A DNA stretch of 64,000 nucleotides, taken from assembly GCA_963735595.1 (NCBI GenBank), contig CAVTLK010000005.1, forward strand, positions 416,001 to 480,000. The letters run 5' to 3'. The translations under genes were made by a program, and so were the position numbers. Numbering within the stretch: position 1 is the stretch's first letter; each line of letters opens with the position of its first letter. Below, one piece after another: positions 22,267-33,147 of this stretch. The notes under the pieces were generated by a model, which was not told the DNA's origin, did no database searches, and was given only the letters and a program-made list of their open reading frames with translations. The DNA comes from an uncultured delta proteobacterium. Lineage in GTDB: Bacteria > Desulfobacterota > Zymogenia > Zymogenales > Zymogenaceae.

Positions 22267-23049
22267 ATGGTAAAAGAGCTTGCTTCAGTCGCGCTTTTTT
22301 TCCTCATCACCGCCGGGTCTTTTTACGGCCTGGCGCTGTCGTGGAAGCGTGTGGGCAGGGCGGGCCGCGCCGCGGTAATCGTCGGCATCGGTGCGGCGTA
22401 CCCTGCCTTAGTATACCTGATTTCGCTCTGGGCGGCGCGCGGCGGGTGGCCCAATGGGATGCCGTATATGATGGTAGCCCTCTTCGTAGGCGTGCCGGCG
22501 ATCGTCGCATTTGCGGTCCTGTTGATCATCGCGTTGTTCGGCGGCGGCTCCGGGCGCAGGGCCGGCATGGTAACCTCCTTTGTCGTGCTGGGCGTCATCC
22601 TTCTAACCCTGGTCTTCAACAAATACGTCCGGCTTGCGTGGTACGGGAGAGACCTGGATAATCCCGATCCCGGCAGGAGGGGCTACGCGGTACTGATGAT
22701 TGGCGAGACCCGACTCAGGGCCGCCGAGCCGATGATTATAGAGGCCGTCAATGATCCGCATCCCTCGGTCCGAAAAGACGCCATACTTGCGCTTGCCACG
22801 ATCGACGATCCGGACACTGCCGCGGTGGTGCGGGCGGCCCTGTTCGACGAGGACGCCGGTGTCAGGGAAACGGCGGTGATGGCCATCGTACCCCTCGGAA
22901 GGGGGGGGCCGGAGGCGATGTCGGACCTGAAGCGAATGCTCACCGACCCCGATCCGCAGGTCCGGGAGGCCGCGGAAAGCGGGCTGGACACGCTTGATCC
23001 GGCGTGGAGGACCGCGCCCGACGCCCCCCAGTCGTACCGAAGGCCCTAA
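22267..23049 (+). CDS. Membrane protein with C-terminal HEAT repeats
   Basis: Four hydrophobic segments, then DPHPSVR / DEDAGVR / DPDPQVR repeats. Confidence 0.8.
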   Translation: MVKELASVALFFLITAGSFYGLALSWKRVGRAGRAAVIVGIGAAYPALVYLISLWAARGGWPNGMPYMMVALFVGVPAIVAFAVLLIIALFGGGSGRRAGMVTSFVVLGVILLTLVFNKYVRLAWYGRDLDNPDPGRRGYAVLMIGETRLRAAEPMIIEAVNDPHPSVRKDAILALATIDDPDTAAVVRAALFDEDAGVRETAVMAIVPLGRGGPEAMSDLKRMLTDPDPQVREAAESGLDTLDPAWRTAPDAPQSYRRP

Positions 23050-23114
23050 TCCCCAACCTGTTCCTAAACTCCCCATCGGTAAGAAAACTTTAAGTAACTG
23101 ATGTTCGAAAAGTG

Positions 23115-23143
23115 TTGACACATGCCGACAGGTATGTTAGAGC
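23115..23143 (+). promoter_or_regulatory. Promoter with overlapping palindromic operator
   Basis: TTGACA at 23115; imperfect palindrome ACATGCC-GACA-GGTATGT in the spacer. Confidence 0.5.
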
Positions 23144-23228
23144 TTAAAGCGCAACTTCACCCTTTATAACGCCGCTTGCTCCGATTCCGCCCGGAACCCG
23201 ACATACCTTCTCAGTCGGCGGAGGTCTG

Positions 23229-24209
23229 ATGATTTACGACCAGGATCACCGAGCTCCTCGATATCCGCTATCCCATACTCATGGGTGCAATGCACCACAT
23301 CACGATGGCCGAAATGGTCGCCGCCGCTGGCCAATGCCGGATGCATCGGCTTTATCCCCGCCGCATCGTTTGCCGGCCCGGAAGACCTCAGGGGGGAGTT
23401 GGAGAAGGCCCGCGGGCTGACGGACGGGCCGATCGGCCTCAATATCTCGATGCTGCCCGGCGCCGACGCCGGGGCGCTGACCGATGAGTTCGTGAGGGCC
23501 GGCATCGAGGCGCGGGTCGGTGCGTTCGAGACCGCCGGCCGCTCGCCAGAGCACCTGATCGGCCGGATTAAACAGGCCAAATATCCCCATCATCCATAAG
23601 GTCCCGCGGGTCAGGCACGCCGTCCGGGCCGAGGCCGTTGGCGCCGATGCGGTAATAATCCTCGGGTTTGAGGGCGGCGGGTTCGTCGGGTCGGGCGACG
23701 TCGGCTCACTCGTCCAGGTCAACAGGGCCGCACGCACGCTGTCGATACCGGTGATAGCGGGCGGCGGCGTTGCCGACGGGCGGGGACTGGCGGCGATGCT
23801 TGCCCTCGGGGCCGAGGGCGTTTTAATGGGGACACGGTTTCTGGCCTCCCGGGAGGCGCCCGTCGCCGACCGTCTGAAACAGTGGATACTCGGAGCTACC
23901 GAGAACGACACGATGGTCCTGTTCAAGTCCGTGGGGACCCCGGTTCGATCGATACGAAACGAGGCGGCGCTTGCGGTCTCGTCCCTCGAGGCCGAAGGTG
24001 CGACAATGGAACAGGTCCTGTCATACTGCGGGGAGAGGATCGGTGCGTATGCCGCCGCGACCCTCCCCATCGATGACGTGCTCTTTTCCGTGGGCCAGGA
24101 CGTCGGGTTGATCGACGGTATAAAGACTATCCGCGAGATCGTCGACGATATCGTCGGCGATGCCCGGCGTGCCGTCGGCCGGATCGATTCAATCATGGGG
24201 GGGTGCTGA
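23229..24209 (+). CDS. Nitronate monooxygenase / FabK-like flavoprotein (several indels)
   Basis: TRITELLDIRYPILMGAM, G.EGGG, PVIAGGGVADGRG, GVLMGTRF across frames. Confidence 0.85.
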
Positions 24210-24329
24210 CGGACTACGTATCCTGACGATATATTCCACGCTCTCATCCTGACAGGGCCGATTACGTCTAAAATATATCCATAACGATCTACTTTATATA
24301 ATATTATATATGGTATAGGGGGATATCGT

Positions 24330-25883
24330 ATGCGTATCGGAGATCTTCTTAGCAGGGCCGCCCGGTGCTATCCCGAAAAAGAGGCCGTCGTTTTTGAGGA
24401 GACGCGCCTTACGTACCGCCAAATCAACGAACGCACCAACCGGCTTGCGGCGGCGCTCATAGATATGGGGGTGAAGCGGGGGGATCGGGTCGGGGTCATC
24501 TGCCATAATTCCCATAATTTTACCGAGATCTTTTTTGCCTGCGCGAAGATCGGGGCCGCCTCGACGAACCTGAACTGGCGTCTTTCCCCCAGGGAACTTG
24601 CGTTTCTGATAAACGACGCCGGGCCGGATATCGTTTTCTTTTCCAAGCGGTTCGAGTATCTCTTCGAGCCGATGAAGGCGGACCTCAAGAAAAAGCACCG
24701 CTTCGTGGCCGTGGACGGCGTCTTCAATAAAGAGATGACCGATTACGAGAAGCTCATCGCCAAGTACAAGGCGGACGAGCCCCGGGTGACCGTGGCAGAG
24801 GACGATACGGCGCTGCTGCTCTACACCAGCGGGACCACCGGCAGGCCCAAGGGCGTCATGCTGACGCACAAGAATATGATGGCAAACTGCGTCTCCACCA
24901 TCATCGAGATGGAAATGACCAGGGACTGGCATATCCTGGGGCTGCTGCCGATCTTCCATGTCGGCATATTCGTCCTTATCGACATGGTGTGGATCGGCGC
25001 GAGGGTGACCTACGTGCACTCCTTTGACCCCGCGGTGATCTTCGAGATCGTTCAGAAGGAAAAGACTACCGTCACGGCGTTTACCCCGGTCATTTTCAAG
25101 TTCCTCCTGGATCACCCGGATATAGACAAGTATGACCTCAGCTCCCTGAAGACGATCATCTACGCCACCGCGCCGATGCCGGTGGAGCTATTGAAACGAT
25201 CGATCAAGAGGTTCGATTGCGACTTTATCCAGTTCTTCGGGATGACGGAGACCAGCCCCACCCTGACGATGCTGGTCCGGGAGGACCACGTCCTTGATGG
25301 TCCCGAATATAAGGTTAAATGGCTCGGATCGGCCGGCCGCCCCGTCAGCAATGTCCAGGTTCGTGTCGTCGATGAAAACGGCAAGGACTGCGCGCCCGGT
25401 GTGATCGGGGAGATCATCGGGAAGGGCGAAAACGTCATGAAGGGATACTACAATATGCCCGAAGCGACGGCCGAGGCGATCCGGGACGGCTGGTACTACT
25501 CGGGAGATATGGGCTACTTCGATGAATACGGATACCTCTTCATTGCGGACCGGAAGAAAGACATGATCATCTCCGGCGGGGAAAACATCTACCCGCGTGA
25601 GGTGGAAGAGGCCATCCAACTGCTCGAGGGCGTCGCCGACGTGTCGGTCATCGGTGTGCCGGACGACACGTGGGGCGAGGCGGTCAAGGCGATCGTCGTC
25701 AAGAAACCGGGGGCCGAGCTGACCGAAGCGATGGTCATCGACCACTGCAAGAAAAATATCGCGAGCTACAAGAAACCCAAGAGCGTCGATTTTGTCGAGG
25801 CCCTGCCGCGGAGCGCGATGGGCAAGGTCCTCAAGCATGAGCTGCGGGAGCCGTTCTGGAAGGGGAGGGAGAGAAAAATCTAA
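24330..25883 (+). CDS. Long-chain acyl-CoA synthetase
   Basis: YTSGTTGRPKG, FGMTE, DRKKDMIISGGENIYP, GKVLK. Confidence 0.95.
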   Translation: MRIGDLLSRAARCYPEKEAVVFEETRLTYRQINERTNRLAAALIDMGVKRGDRVGVICHNSHNFTEIFFACAKIGAASTNLNWRLSPRELAFLINDAGPDIVFFSKRFEYLFEPMKADLKKKHRFVAVDGVFNKEMTDYEKLIAKYKADEPRVTVAEDDTALLLYTSGTTGRPKGVMLTHKNMMANCVSTIIEMEMTRDWHILGLLPIFHVGIFVLIDMVWIGARVTYVHSFDPAVIFEIVQKEKTTVTAFTPVIFKFLLDHPDIDKYDLSSLKTIIYATAPMPVELLKRSIKRFDCDFIQFFGMTETSPTLTMLVREDHVLDGPEYKVKWLGSAGRPVSNVQVRVVDENGKDCAPGVIGEIIGKGENVMKGYYNMPEATAEAIRDGWYYSGDMGYFDEYGYLFIADRKKDMIISGGENIYPREVEEAIQLLEGVADVSVIGVPDDTWGEAVKAIVVKKPGAELTEAMVIDHCKKNIASYKKPKSVDFVEALPRSAMGKVLKHELREPFWKGRERKI

Positions 25884-25888
25884 AGAAT

Positions 25889-25924
25889 GGTATTCATCGG
25901 CCGCGTGCGCGGCCGATGAATACC
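25889..25924. repeat. Perfect inverted repeat (17-bp arms, 2-nt spacer)
   Basis: GGTATTCATCGGCCGCG-TG-CGCGGCCGATGAATACC. Confidence 0.95.
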
Positions 25925-26334
25925 GATTGATATCGTCATTGCGAGCCGCCGAAGGCGGCGCGGCAATCCCGGACGTTGTTCCAAAAGGGCCTATACGGCA
26001 CCAGGCATGATTAGTACGGGGAGGCGTTTTTCGCGGCCGATGAATACCGATTGATATCGTCATTGCGAGCCGCCGAAGGCGGCGCGGCAATCCCGGACGT
26101 TGTGCCAAAAGGGCCTATACGGCACCAGGCATGATTAGTACGGGGAGGCGTTTTTCGCGGCCGATGAATACCGATTGATATCGTCATTGCGAGCCGCCGA
26201 AGGCGGCGCGGCAATCCCGGACGTTGTTCCAAAAGGGCCTATACGGCACCAGGCATGATTAGTACGGGGAGGCGTTTTTCGCGGCCGATGAATACCGATT
26301 GATATCGTCATTGCGAGCCGCCGAAGGCGGCGCG
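25908..26334. repeat. 124-bp tandem array (~3.4 copies) carrying the REP-like left arm
   Basis: Units start at 25908, 26032, 26156, 26280; one substitution seen (GTTCC/GTGCC); each contains CGTCATTGCGAGCCGCCGAAGGCGGCGCG. Confidence 0.97.
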
Positions 26335-26374
26335 ACCGATCGAGAATACTTCTTGGATATATAAGGATAGACAC

Positions 26375-27523
26375 ATGCAGTACGATCTCTTTTCGAGCGA
26401 ACACGAGCAGTTCAGGCAGCAGGTCAGGAAATTCCTCGCCCAGCAGGTGGCGCCCCACGCGCCGGAGTGGGAGAAAAACCGCGAGATCCCCCGGAAATTC
26501 TGGAAGGACATGGGGGCCATGGGATTCCTGGGGTTCTGCTACGACCCCGCATACGGCGGCGTTGGGGCGGACGACCTCTTCCGCGTGGTGATGGCCGAAG
26601 AGCTGGCCCGCGCCATGATCGGCGGCGTCGGGGTCGCGGTGGCCGGCCACAACGACATGGCCACCACCTATGTCAACCTCCTGGGGACGCACGAGCAGAA
26701 GCTCAAATGGCTTGCCCCCTGCACCACGGGGGAGGCCGTCTGCGCGATCGCCGTGACCGAGCCCGGCACCGGATCGGACGTCTCGGCTATTACGACGCGG
26801 GCCGAAAAGAAGGGCGACAACTACGTCATCAACGGGCAAAAGACGTTTATCACCAACGGTCATTACGGCGACCTCCTGGTTACGGCGGTCAAGACCGACC
26901 CGAAGGCCGAGCCGGCCCACCAGGGGGTGTCGCTTATACTTGTTGAAAAAAACACGCCGGGGGTCGTCTCGCGAAAGCTCGAAAAAACCGGCGGACACGC
27001 CTCTGATACCGCCGAGATCTTCTTCGAGGACGTGAAGGTGCCGGTCGGAAATCTGTTGGGCGGCGAAGGCCAGGGATTCTACGCGATCATGAAGAATTTC
27101 GCGCTCGAGCGGCTGGTTGTCGGCATGCTCTGCGTTTCGATAGCCGAGGTAATCCTGGAAAAGACGATCGAGTATGCCCGGAGCAGGGTCGCGTTCAAAA
27201 AGCCTATCGTGAAGTTCCAGGTGATCAAGCACAAGATCGTCGACATGGCCACGGCGGTCGAGATAAACCGCGCGTTCGGTTACCAGTGCGCAAAGAACTA
27301 CGCGGCGGGCGTGGAGGTGACCAAGGAGATATCGATGTTCAAGGCCGTCGCGGGCGAGATGGTCAACCGGGCGGCGTACGAAGGCACGCAGATACACGGG
27401 GGGTACGGGTGCATGGCCGAATACGACGTGGCCCGCCTCTACCCCGACCTGCGGTCCGTGTCGATCGCCGGGGGAACCACCGAGATCATGAAGGAGATCG
27501 TGGGCAGGCTGATGGGCCTATAG
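26375..27523 (+). CDS. Acyl-CoA dehydrogenase
   Basis: AVTEPGTGSD, INGQKTFITNG, QIHGGYG, IAGGTTEIMK. Confidence 0.95.
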   Translation: MQYDLFSSEHEQFRQQVRKFLAQQVAPHAPEWEKNREIPRKFWKDMGAMGFLGFCYDPAYGGVGADDLFRVVMAEELARAMIGGVGVAVAGHNDMATTYVNLLGTHEQKLKWLAPCTTGEAVCAIAVTEPGTGSDVSAITTRAEKKGDNYVINGQKTFITNGHYGDLLVTAVKTDPKAEPAHQGVSLILVEKNTPGVVSRKLEKTGGHASDTAEIFFEDVKVPVGNLLGGEGQGFYAIMKNFALERLVVGMLCVSIAEVILEKTIEYARSRVAFKKPIVKFQVIKHKIVDMATAVEINRAFGYQCAKNYAAGVEVTKEISMFKAVAGEMVNRAAYEGTQIHGGYGCMAEYDVARLYPDLRSVSIAGGTTEIMKEIVGRLMGL

Positions 27524-27722
27524 GCGTATAGTCCTATAGGCGTATAGTCCAATAGTCCAATAGGCTTTCCCGCGGAGCCGGGCCTGTCGGCGGGGAAAAA
27601 AATAACGGGGTGAGCCGGGCGCGTTTACGTGAAGCCCAGGCGTACCCCGTTATTAATTTCCATCCTGCGGTACGGGAGTCGTCTGTCACGCCCGGATACC
27701 ACGGGAGGCGGTGCGGCCGCTC

Positions 27723-28625
27723 CTATATCATGGTCAGCCATTTGGTGTATTTTTCGATCTCCCCCCGCATGGCCTGGTTCATCCGCTCCTTGACGGCGCA
27801 GGTGACCGGGCCGGGACACGGCCTTTTCAGGTCTTTGCCGTCTATCGAGGCGATCGGCTGCACCTTGACGATGCTCCCCGAGTAGAATGCCTCGTCAAAA
27901 CCGAGCATCTCCTCCGGCCTGATGTCGGTCTCGCTCATGGTATACCCCATGTCCCGGACAAGCTCCATGATCGCGCGCCGCGTTATACCGGGGAGGGCAG
28001 AGGTGAGCGTGGGGGTCTTTACCGTATCGCCGGTCACAAAGAAGACGTTGGAGGTCGCCCCCTCCGCCACGAAACCGGCGGTATCCAGCATGATGACGTC
28101 CTCGTATCCCTTCTTCTTTACTTCCATCTTGGCCAGGAACGCATTGACGTAGTTGCCCACGACCTTGGCATGGACGGGGACGGTGCCGCCGTGGATCTTC
28201 CTGAAAGACGAGATCCCCGCCCTGACCGGCGCCGAGAGGACTTCCTGCTTAACGCCGAAAAGGTCGTAGTCGAGGCAGAAGATCGCGACATCGACCTTCG
28301 GGTTCGAGGGGGTCACCGAAAACTCGATAAGGGGGTAGTAGGCGAAAAACTTGGCCGCACCGCTCTTGACGCCGTTGCCGGCGGCGGTGGCGATGACGGC
28401 GTCGCTGAGCTCCTGCCGCGAGAGGGGAAGCTCCATAAAGGTGAGGGCGGCCGAGTTGAAGAAACGCTCGATATGCTCCGAGAGGCCGAAGAGGGCCGGG
28501 CCCTTCGTCGTGTTGACGATATCCACCACCTCGAAGATTGCCGAACCCCGCGAAAAGCTGTGGGAGAGGAGCGGAACCGTAGCCTTATCCCAGTCAACCA
28601 TTTCTCCGTTTAGCCATGCCTTCAT
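27723..28625 (-). CDS. ilvE: Branched-chain amino acid aminotransferase family (class IV)
   Basis: AKVVGNY, AEGATSNVF, LPGITR, PGPVT. Confidence 0.85.
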   Translation of the reverse strand: MKAWLNGEMVDWDKATVPLLSHSFSRGSAIFEVVDIVNTTKGPALFGLSEHIERFFNSAALTFMELPLSRQELSDAVIATAAGNGVKSGAAKFFAYYPLIEFSVTPSNPKVDVAIFCLDYDLFGVKQEVLSAPVRAGISSFRKIHGGTVPVHAKVVGNYVNAFLAKMEVKKKGYEDVIMLDTAGFVAEGATSNVFFVTGDTVKTPTLTSALPGITRRAIMELVRDMGYTMSETDIRPEEMLGFDEAFYSGSIVKVQPIASIDGKDLKRPCPGPVTCAVKERMNQAMRGEIEKYTKWLTMI

Positions 28626-28813
28626 TTCACACTTCCTGTCCTTGTTAGATGTTTACATTGCCCGGACCCGAAAGGAGCCGGGTGCTGCGCGGGCATGTAT
28701 GATAAAGCGGACAAACGATACCATACCGCGGCCGGTTTTTCAATAGTAAATCAGGTGTAATCGCCGTTTGATACCGTTATGGGAGGCAGTACCGGCGCAT
28801 TGGGCCGGGCTGT

Positions 28814-28842
28814 AAAAAGGCGGCCCCTCGGAGAGGGGCCGC
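28814..28842 (-). terminator. Intrinsic terminator after the acylase gene
   Basis: Minus strand GGCGGCCCCTC-tcc-GAGGGGCCGCC followed by T5. Confidence 0.8.
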
Positions 28843-28876
28843 CCGGTGACACTGAATGTTCGGCGTCGTGGGGTTA

Positions 28877-31268
28877 TCACGGAGCGGGCGTCAGCGTCAG
28901 CAGGTCTTTCAGATCCCGCGCCGTATCAAAGTGCATGGGGATCTGGCCGCCGTCGGCCCATAACCCGGCCTGGTCGTCGTAGTGGGGGCTCTTGAGGAGC
29001 CCCGACTGGCCGGGCGGGGAGACAAAGGTGGAGTTTTCCATGTTGGAAAAGTCAACGATCATCCTTATGACGCCGCCGGACTTCATTTCGAACGGCTTGA
29101 GATTGTCCCAGAGGCCGGCGTTGATCGTAAAGTCGTCTCCGCCCGTGGGTATCGGGCTGAGGTTGAAGAAGGGAAGCTTCTTTCCCATCGGGTGCTCAAA
29201 CCGCATGGTGTGGATGTCTCCCCATCGCCAGTCCGACGGATCATTGCCGATCCGGTCAGAGAGCTCGTCCACCGCCTCGATCATGCTCTTTTTGATGATA
29301 TCGTCTCTGGATTCAGTGATGTCGGCTGTCGCGACATCGTCGAAGAGGGCAAAATCGCGGTTGCCGATGTTCTTGGTCAACACGAGGTCGATGATGTAGA
29401 CGAGGTAGGGCGCTGACAGTTCCCGGAAGAGGTCGTCGCCGATCTCGTCGGCAATCGTGTTTTTCATCATGCGGAAATAGAACGCGTTGAAAAGCGCGGC
29501 GGCCCCGCTCTGCTTGTCTATGCGGAAGTCCCAATCGTCAAAGAGGGCAATCGGCTCTTTGAGCTCCGCGGTCGTCCTGCAGGCGGCCGTGATATAGGGT
29601 ATCCACCGCTCGGCGACCACCGATCCCGTGTCAGTCTGGAGGCCCCGGGCGTCTTCCAATCCGATCGTCTCCGTTTTCTTCATGATCTGGTCAAACCGCA
29701 TCGCCCGCTCGAAGAGGTAGTAGTTCGTCATGGGGTAGGTGGTCGATTTCGGCAGGTTATTGAAGGAGCCAAGATAACCGTTTGCCGGATTGTAGTCGTA
29801 GGGAAGCTCATCGAAGGGCATGATAGCCCACCCACTCGTGGACTCCGTCCCACCCCGGCACCGGCACCGTACCGTTTCCGTTCATACGGATGGGCACCCG
29901 CGCGATATACTGGTAGCCGATGTTCCCTTCCGCGTCGGCATAGCCGATGTTGAGCGTCGGGGTCGCAATGAGGGACAGGGCGGCCCTGAATTCGTTGAAG
30001 TTTTGTGCGCGGTTAAGCGCCAGAAAGCCCGTGAAGATACCCGCCGGCTCAAAGCCGACCCATTTCATGGCGGTGTTGGCGGGGGCCTCCTTGATCACAT
30101 CCGAGATGACGGGGCCGTGCCGGGATACCCTGACGGTCAAGTTTTTCGTGCCTGATCCCCTCCTTGGTCTTGATCGCCAGGGTCTCCTCGATGACCTCGA
30201 AATCACGGTATCCCTCTTCGGTCAGGTACTGGTTCGCGTTATCGGGATTGACCTGCTCGATGAAGTAGTCAAGCTCGTCCACCCGCCCGTTGACCGTGCT
30301 CCAGGCGATGACGCCGTTGGTCCCCAGGACGTTGACCCCCGGCGCCCCGGGCGTGGAACCGCCCATGACGGTAAACCCCGGGGCGGAAAGGTCGATGAGG
30401 TAGAAAAGGGCGGGGATCTTCGGTTCAAGGTCCGGGCTTCCGGTGAAGATCGCCTCTCCGGTCGTAGTCCGGGCGGGGGCGAAGATCATCCAGTTGCTGG
30501 CCGGGACCTCCGGGATAAACGGGGAAGCGACCGGTACGTTTGCGGGACGGGCCGGCGTCGATACGAATGGCGGCGATATCCCCGCCGTCCGCGGGCAGCG
30601 GCGGTTCCCCCTCTTCAGGGGAGACGGTCGGGGCAAAATCGGGATAGCTCGGGGTAAGGAGCGCGAGGATGTCCGGCCCCGCCTTCAGGCCGATGTTGTG
30701 GAGAATGAGGTCGGCCTTCACGGAACGGGTGAGGCTGTAGGCCATGAGGGTGCCGACGACGACGCTGTCTTCCGGCTCCCATGGCTACCGGTTTCGTCCC
30801 GAGGATGGCGTATTCGCGGGGGAGCCTTTTTACCGTCGAGATATAGGCGTTGACGCCCGCGGTATAGGCCTCGATGATCTCCTTCTCGTCCTGCGGCATG
30901 GCGGCGTATTCGGCGCGGGCGGTGCGGTAAAAGCCCAGGGTCTTGAGGTACTTATCGGTGTCGAGGGTGGCCTCCCCGAACAACGAGCTGAGCTCGCCGC
31001 GGCCGGCCAGGCGCGTCATGTCCATCTGGAACATGCGCTCCCGGGCGGTGACGTAACCCTGGGCAAGGAAGAGGTCATGCTCGTTTTCGGCGAACAGATG
31101 GGGGACACCGTAGTCATCGGTGCGCACCTCCACGGGCGCCGAGAGGCCGGAAAGCTCAATACTGCCCGAATAGGGGGGAACGGCCGAGCGGAAGAAGGCT
31201 TGATAAAAGACGTACAGGCCTGCGATAAGAATGATCAGAACAACGACGAATACCTTAGTAATTTTCAT
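28877..31268 (-). CDS. Penicillin acylase family Ntn-hydrolase (3 or more indels)
   Basis: DDYGVPH, AQGYVTARERMFQMD, RHGPVISD, YADAEGNIGY, GQSG...SPHYDDQ over four ORF pieces. Confidence 0.88.
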
Positions 31269-31856
31269 GGAAAAACCCCCATGATGAATGGCGGTCCGTG
31301 AAAAAAGGCTCTATGGCTCCTTCCTGCGCCTTGGGCGTCGTGACGGCCTCGTTCCGCATCTTTTCGAGGGTGCCCTTGGCCGCATCGATTTGTTTCTGGG
31401 TATCGGCGGGCAGGAGCGTTACGGCCGCGTTGACGACCCTGAGCAGGTGCGGGGCGATTCGGGAAGACGAGGTGGCCGAGGGGATAAGGTGGCGGCGATG
31501 ACGACGATAAAACAGGCCACGACAATCCCCTCGAACAGGCCGAAAAAGGCCCCGGCGATACGGTCGTACACCGAGAGGTCCGCGCCGGATATCGCCTTGG
31601 AGATAACGACACCAAGCACGGATACGGCAATCGAGACCGAAAGGAGAATGACGGCAAAGCCGACGATATTAGCGGGCGGGCCCGCGGGGATGATCTCGGA
31701 AAGGTATCCGGCCGCCCAGGGGTATCCGATGAAGGCCACGACGACACCGACGATAACGGCAATCAGAGAAAAGATATCCCGTATGAAACCCTTCGTGATA
31801 CCGTAGATGACGGTCGTGCTAATGAGGACTATCAGGATTATGTCAAAGATACTCAT
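31255..31856 (-). CDS. cvpA: CvpA family membrane protein (indel near 31487)
   Basis: DII...G..KGFIR, DRIAGAFFG. The 3' end is approximate. Confidence 0.85.
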
Positions 31857-31985
31857 TGTCACGACCTGCTGATTTTGTATACCAGTCTTTTGTCGGTATG
31901 GACCGGCCGCCTTTTCGCACTTCCGGCGCCGGGCCGTCAACCGACATACCGGCCCATTGAACTATCGGCCTGCCGATCAATAGGC

Positions 31986-33055
31986 CTACTGGAGATACCA
32001 GGCCATCGACACGAAGAGGTCGTCCTCGCTGTCGGTATTGAGACATATCTTATCGGCCTGTGTGGCGCCGAGACTCGAGTTCGCAGGCCCGTTTGAAGAT
32101 CGGCATTTCCCAGATCGAGTGACGTCTGATCCATTTGGCCGCGTGCTTCTGAATCTTGAGGAGGGCGACGCCTGCCGCGTCCGTGGCCACTACGTCCGAG
32201 CCCGCCAGCATGATGCCGGCGTACGGGTTTTTCCCCAATGAAGGAAGCGGTTGTACGTGGTTGTTCGAGTCGGGGCCGCCCGTGACGACGAGTTCACGCC
32301 CGTCGAGGATGACGAGCTTCGGCGGCGGAGCAAGGGAGTGGATCTCGGCGATCCGCTCCTGAAGGCGCGTGGATGTCAAAGGGTCTTTATCCGGCCCCAT
32401 CGGAGGAGGTTGCGGTGAGGCAGCGCGTGGAGGAGGTAGCGGCTTTCGTCATCCATGAAACCGACGTAGCTCTTCATGCCGAGCGTAAAGCCGGCCAGCA
32501 CGTGGGTCTTGACGTTGGCCAGGACGATGATGTGGTCGACTTTCGGGGGGAGATTCTGCTGCTGAAGATACGGGTCGTTCTCGTAGAGCATCTTGGGCAT
32601 CCGGAACAGGTAGTTTACCCGGCGTCATCTCCCACTGATCGTCCATGTCCGGTTTCGGGTACCGCTCCCTCCAGACGTAGTCGTCAAAATAGATAAGCTT
32701 TATGGGAAGGGGGGCGTAGGTCTTGGCGGCCTCCGTGACGGCCGACTCTATGCCGGTTTTTCTGAGTGTCCTTTTCGTATCGCCAAAAAACGACGGTTTA
32801 TCTCCAACGAAAATCGCCGAGGGATTCTTCTTGACCAGGAGATCAATCAACATCCTGATGATCTTCGGGTCCGTGGTGGCCGGATAGGGTTTTCCGGAGT
32901 TGACGGATGGGCTTGATTAGAACTGAGTCTCCCGGCTTGACAAAAGCCAGTCCTCCCGCAATGTCGATGAGGGTATTGAATTTATCTCTTACGGTTTTTT
33001 CATCGTCTCGTTTATGTTCAGGCACCCGCACGAGGGCGACCTCGATTTCTCTCAT
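31986..33055 (-). CDS. DUF362 domain protein (several indels)
   Basis: VKPGDSVLIKP, TTDP, VKTH..AGFTLGMK, D.VATDA motifs over several frames. Confidence 0.75.
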
Positions 33056-33147
33056 GGTATTCGTTGTCCTCCTTTTCGGAAATTAGTCATATATACCATT
33101 ATTTTACGGCGTATGAAAGCTTTTTCTGATGTCGACCGCGCCCCGAT

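Noticed and set aside
25908..26334. CRISPR array
   Set aside because: Whole 124-bp units are identical, with no unique spacers and no cas genes.
25188..27397. Long minus-strand ORFs with repeated peptides
   Set aside because: Shadow ORFs of real plus-strand genes and the tandem array.
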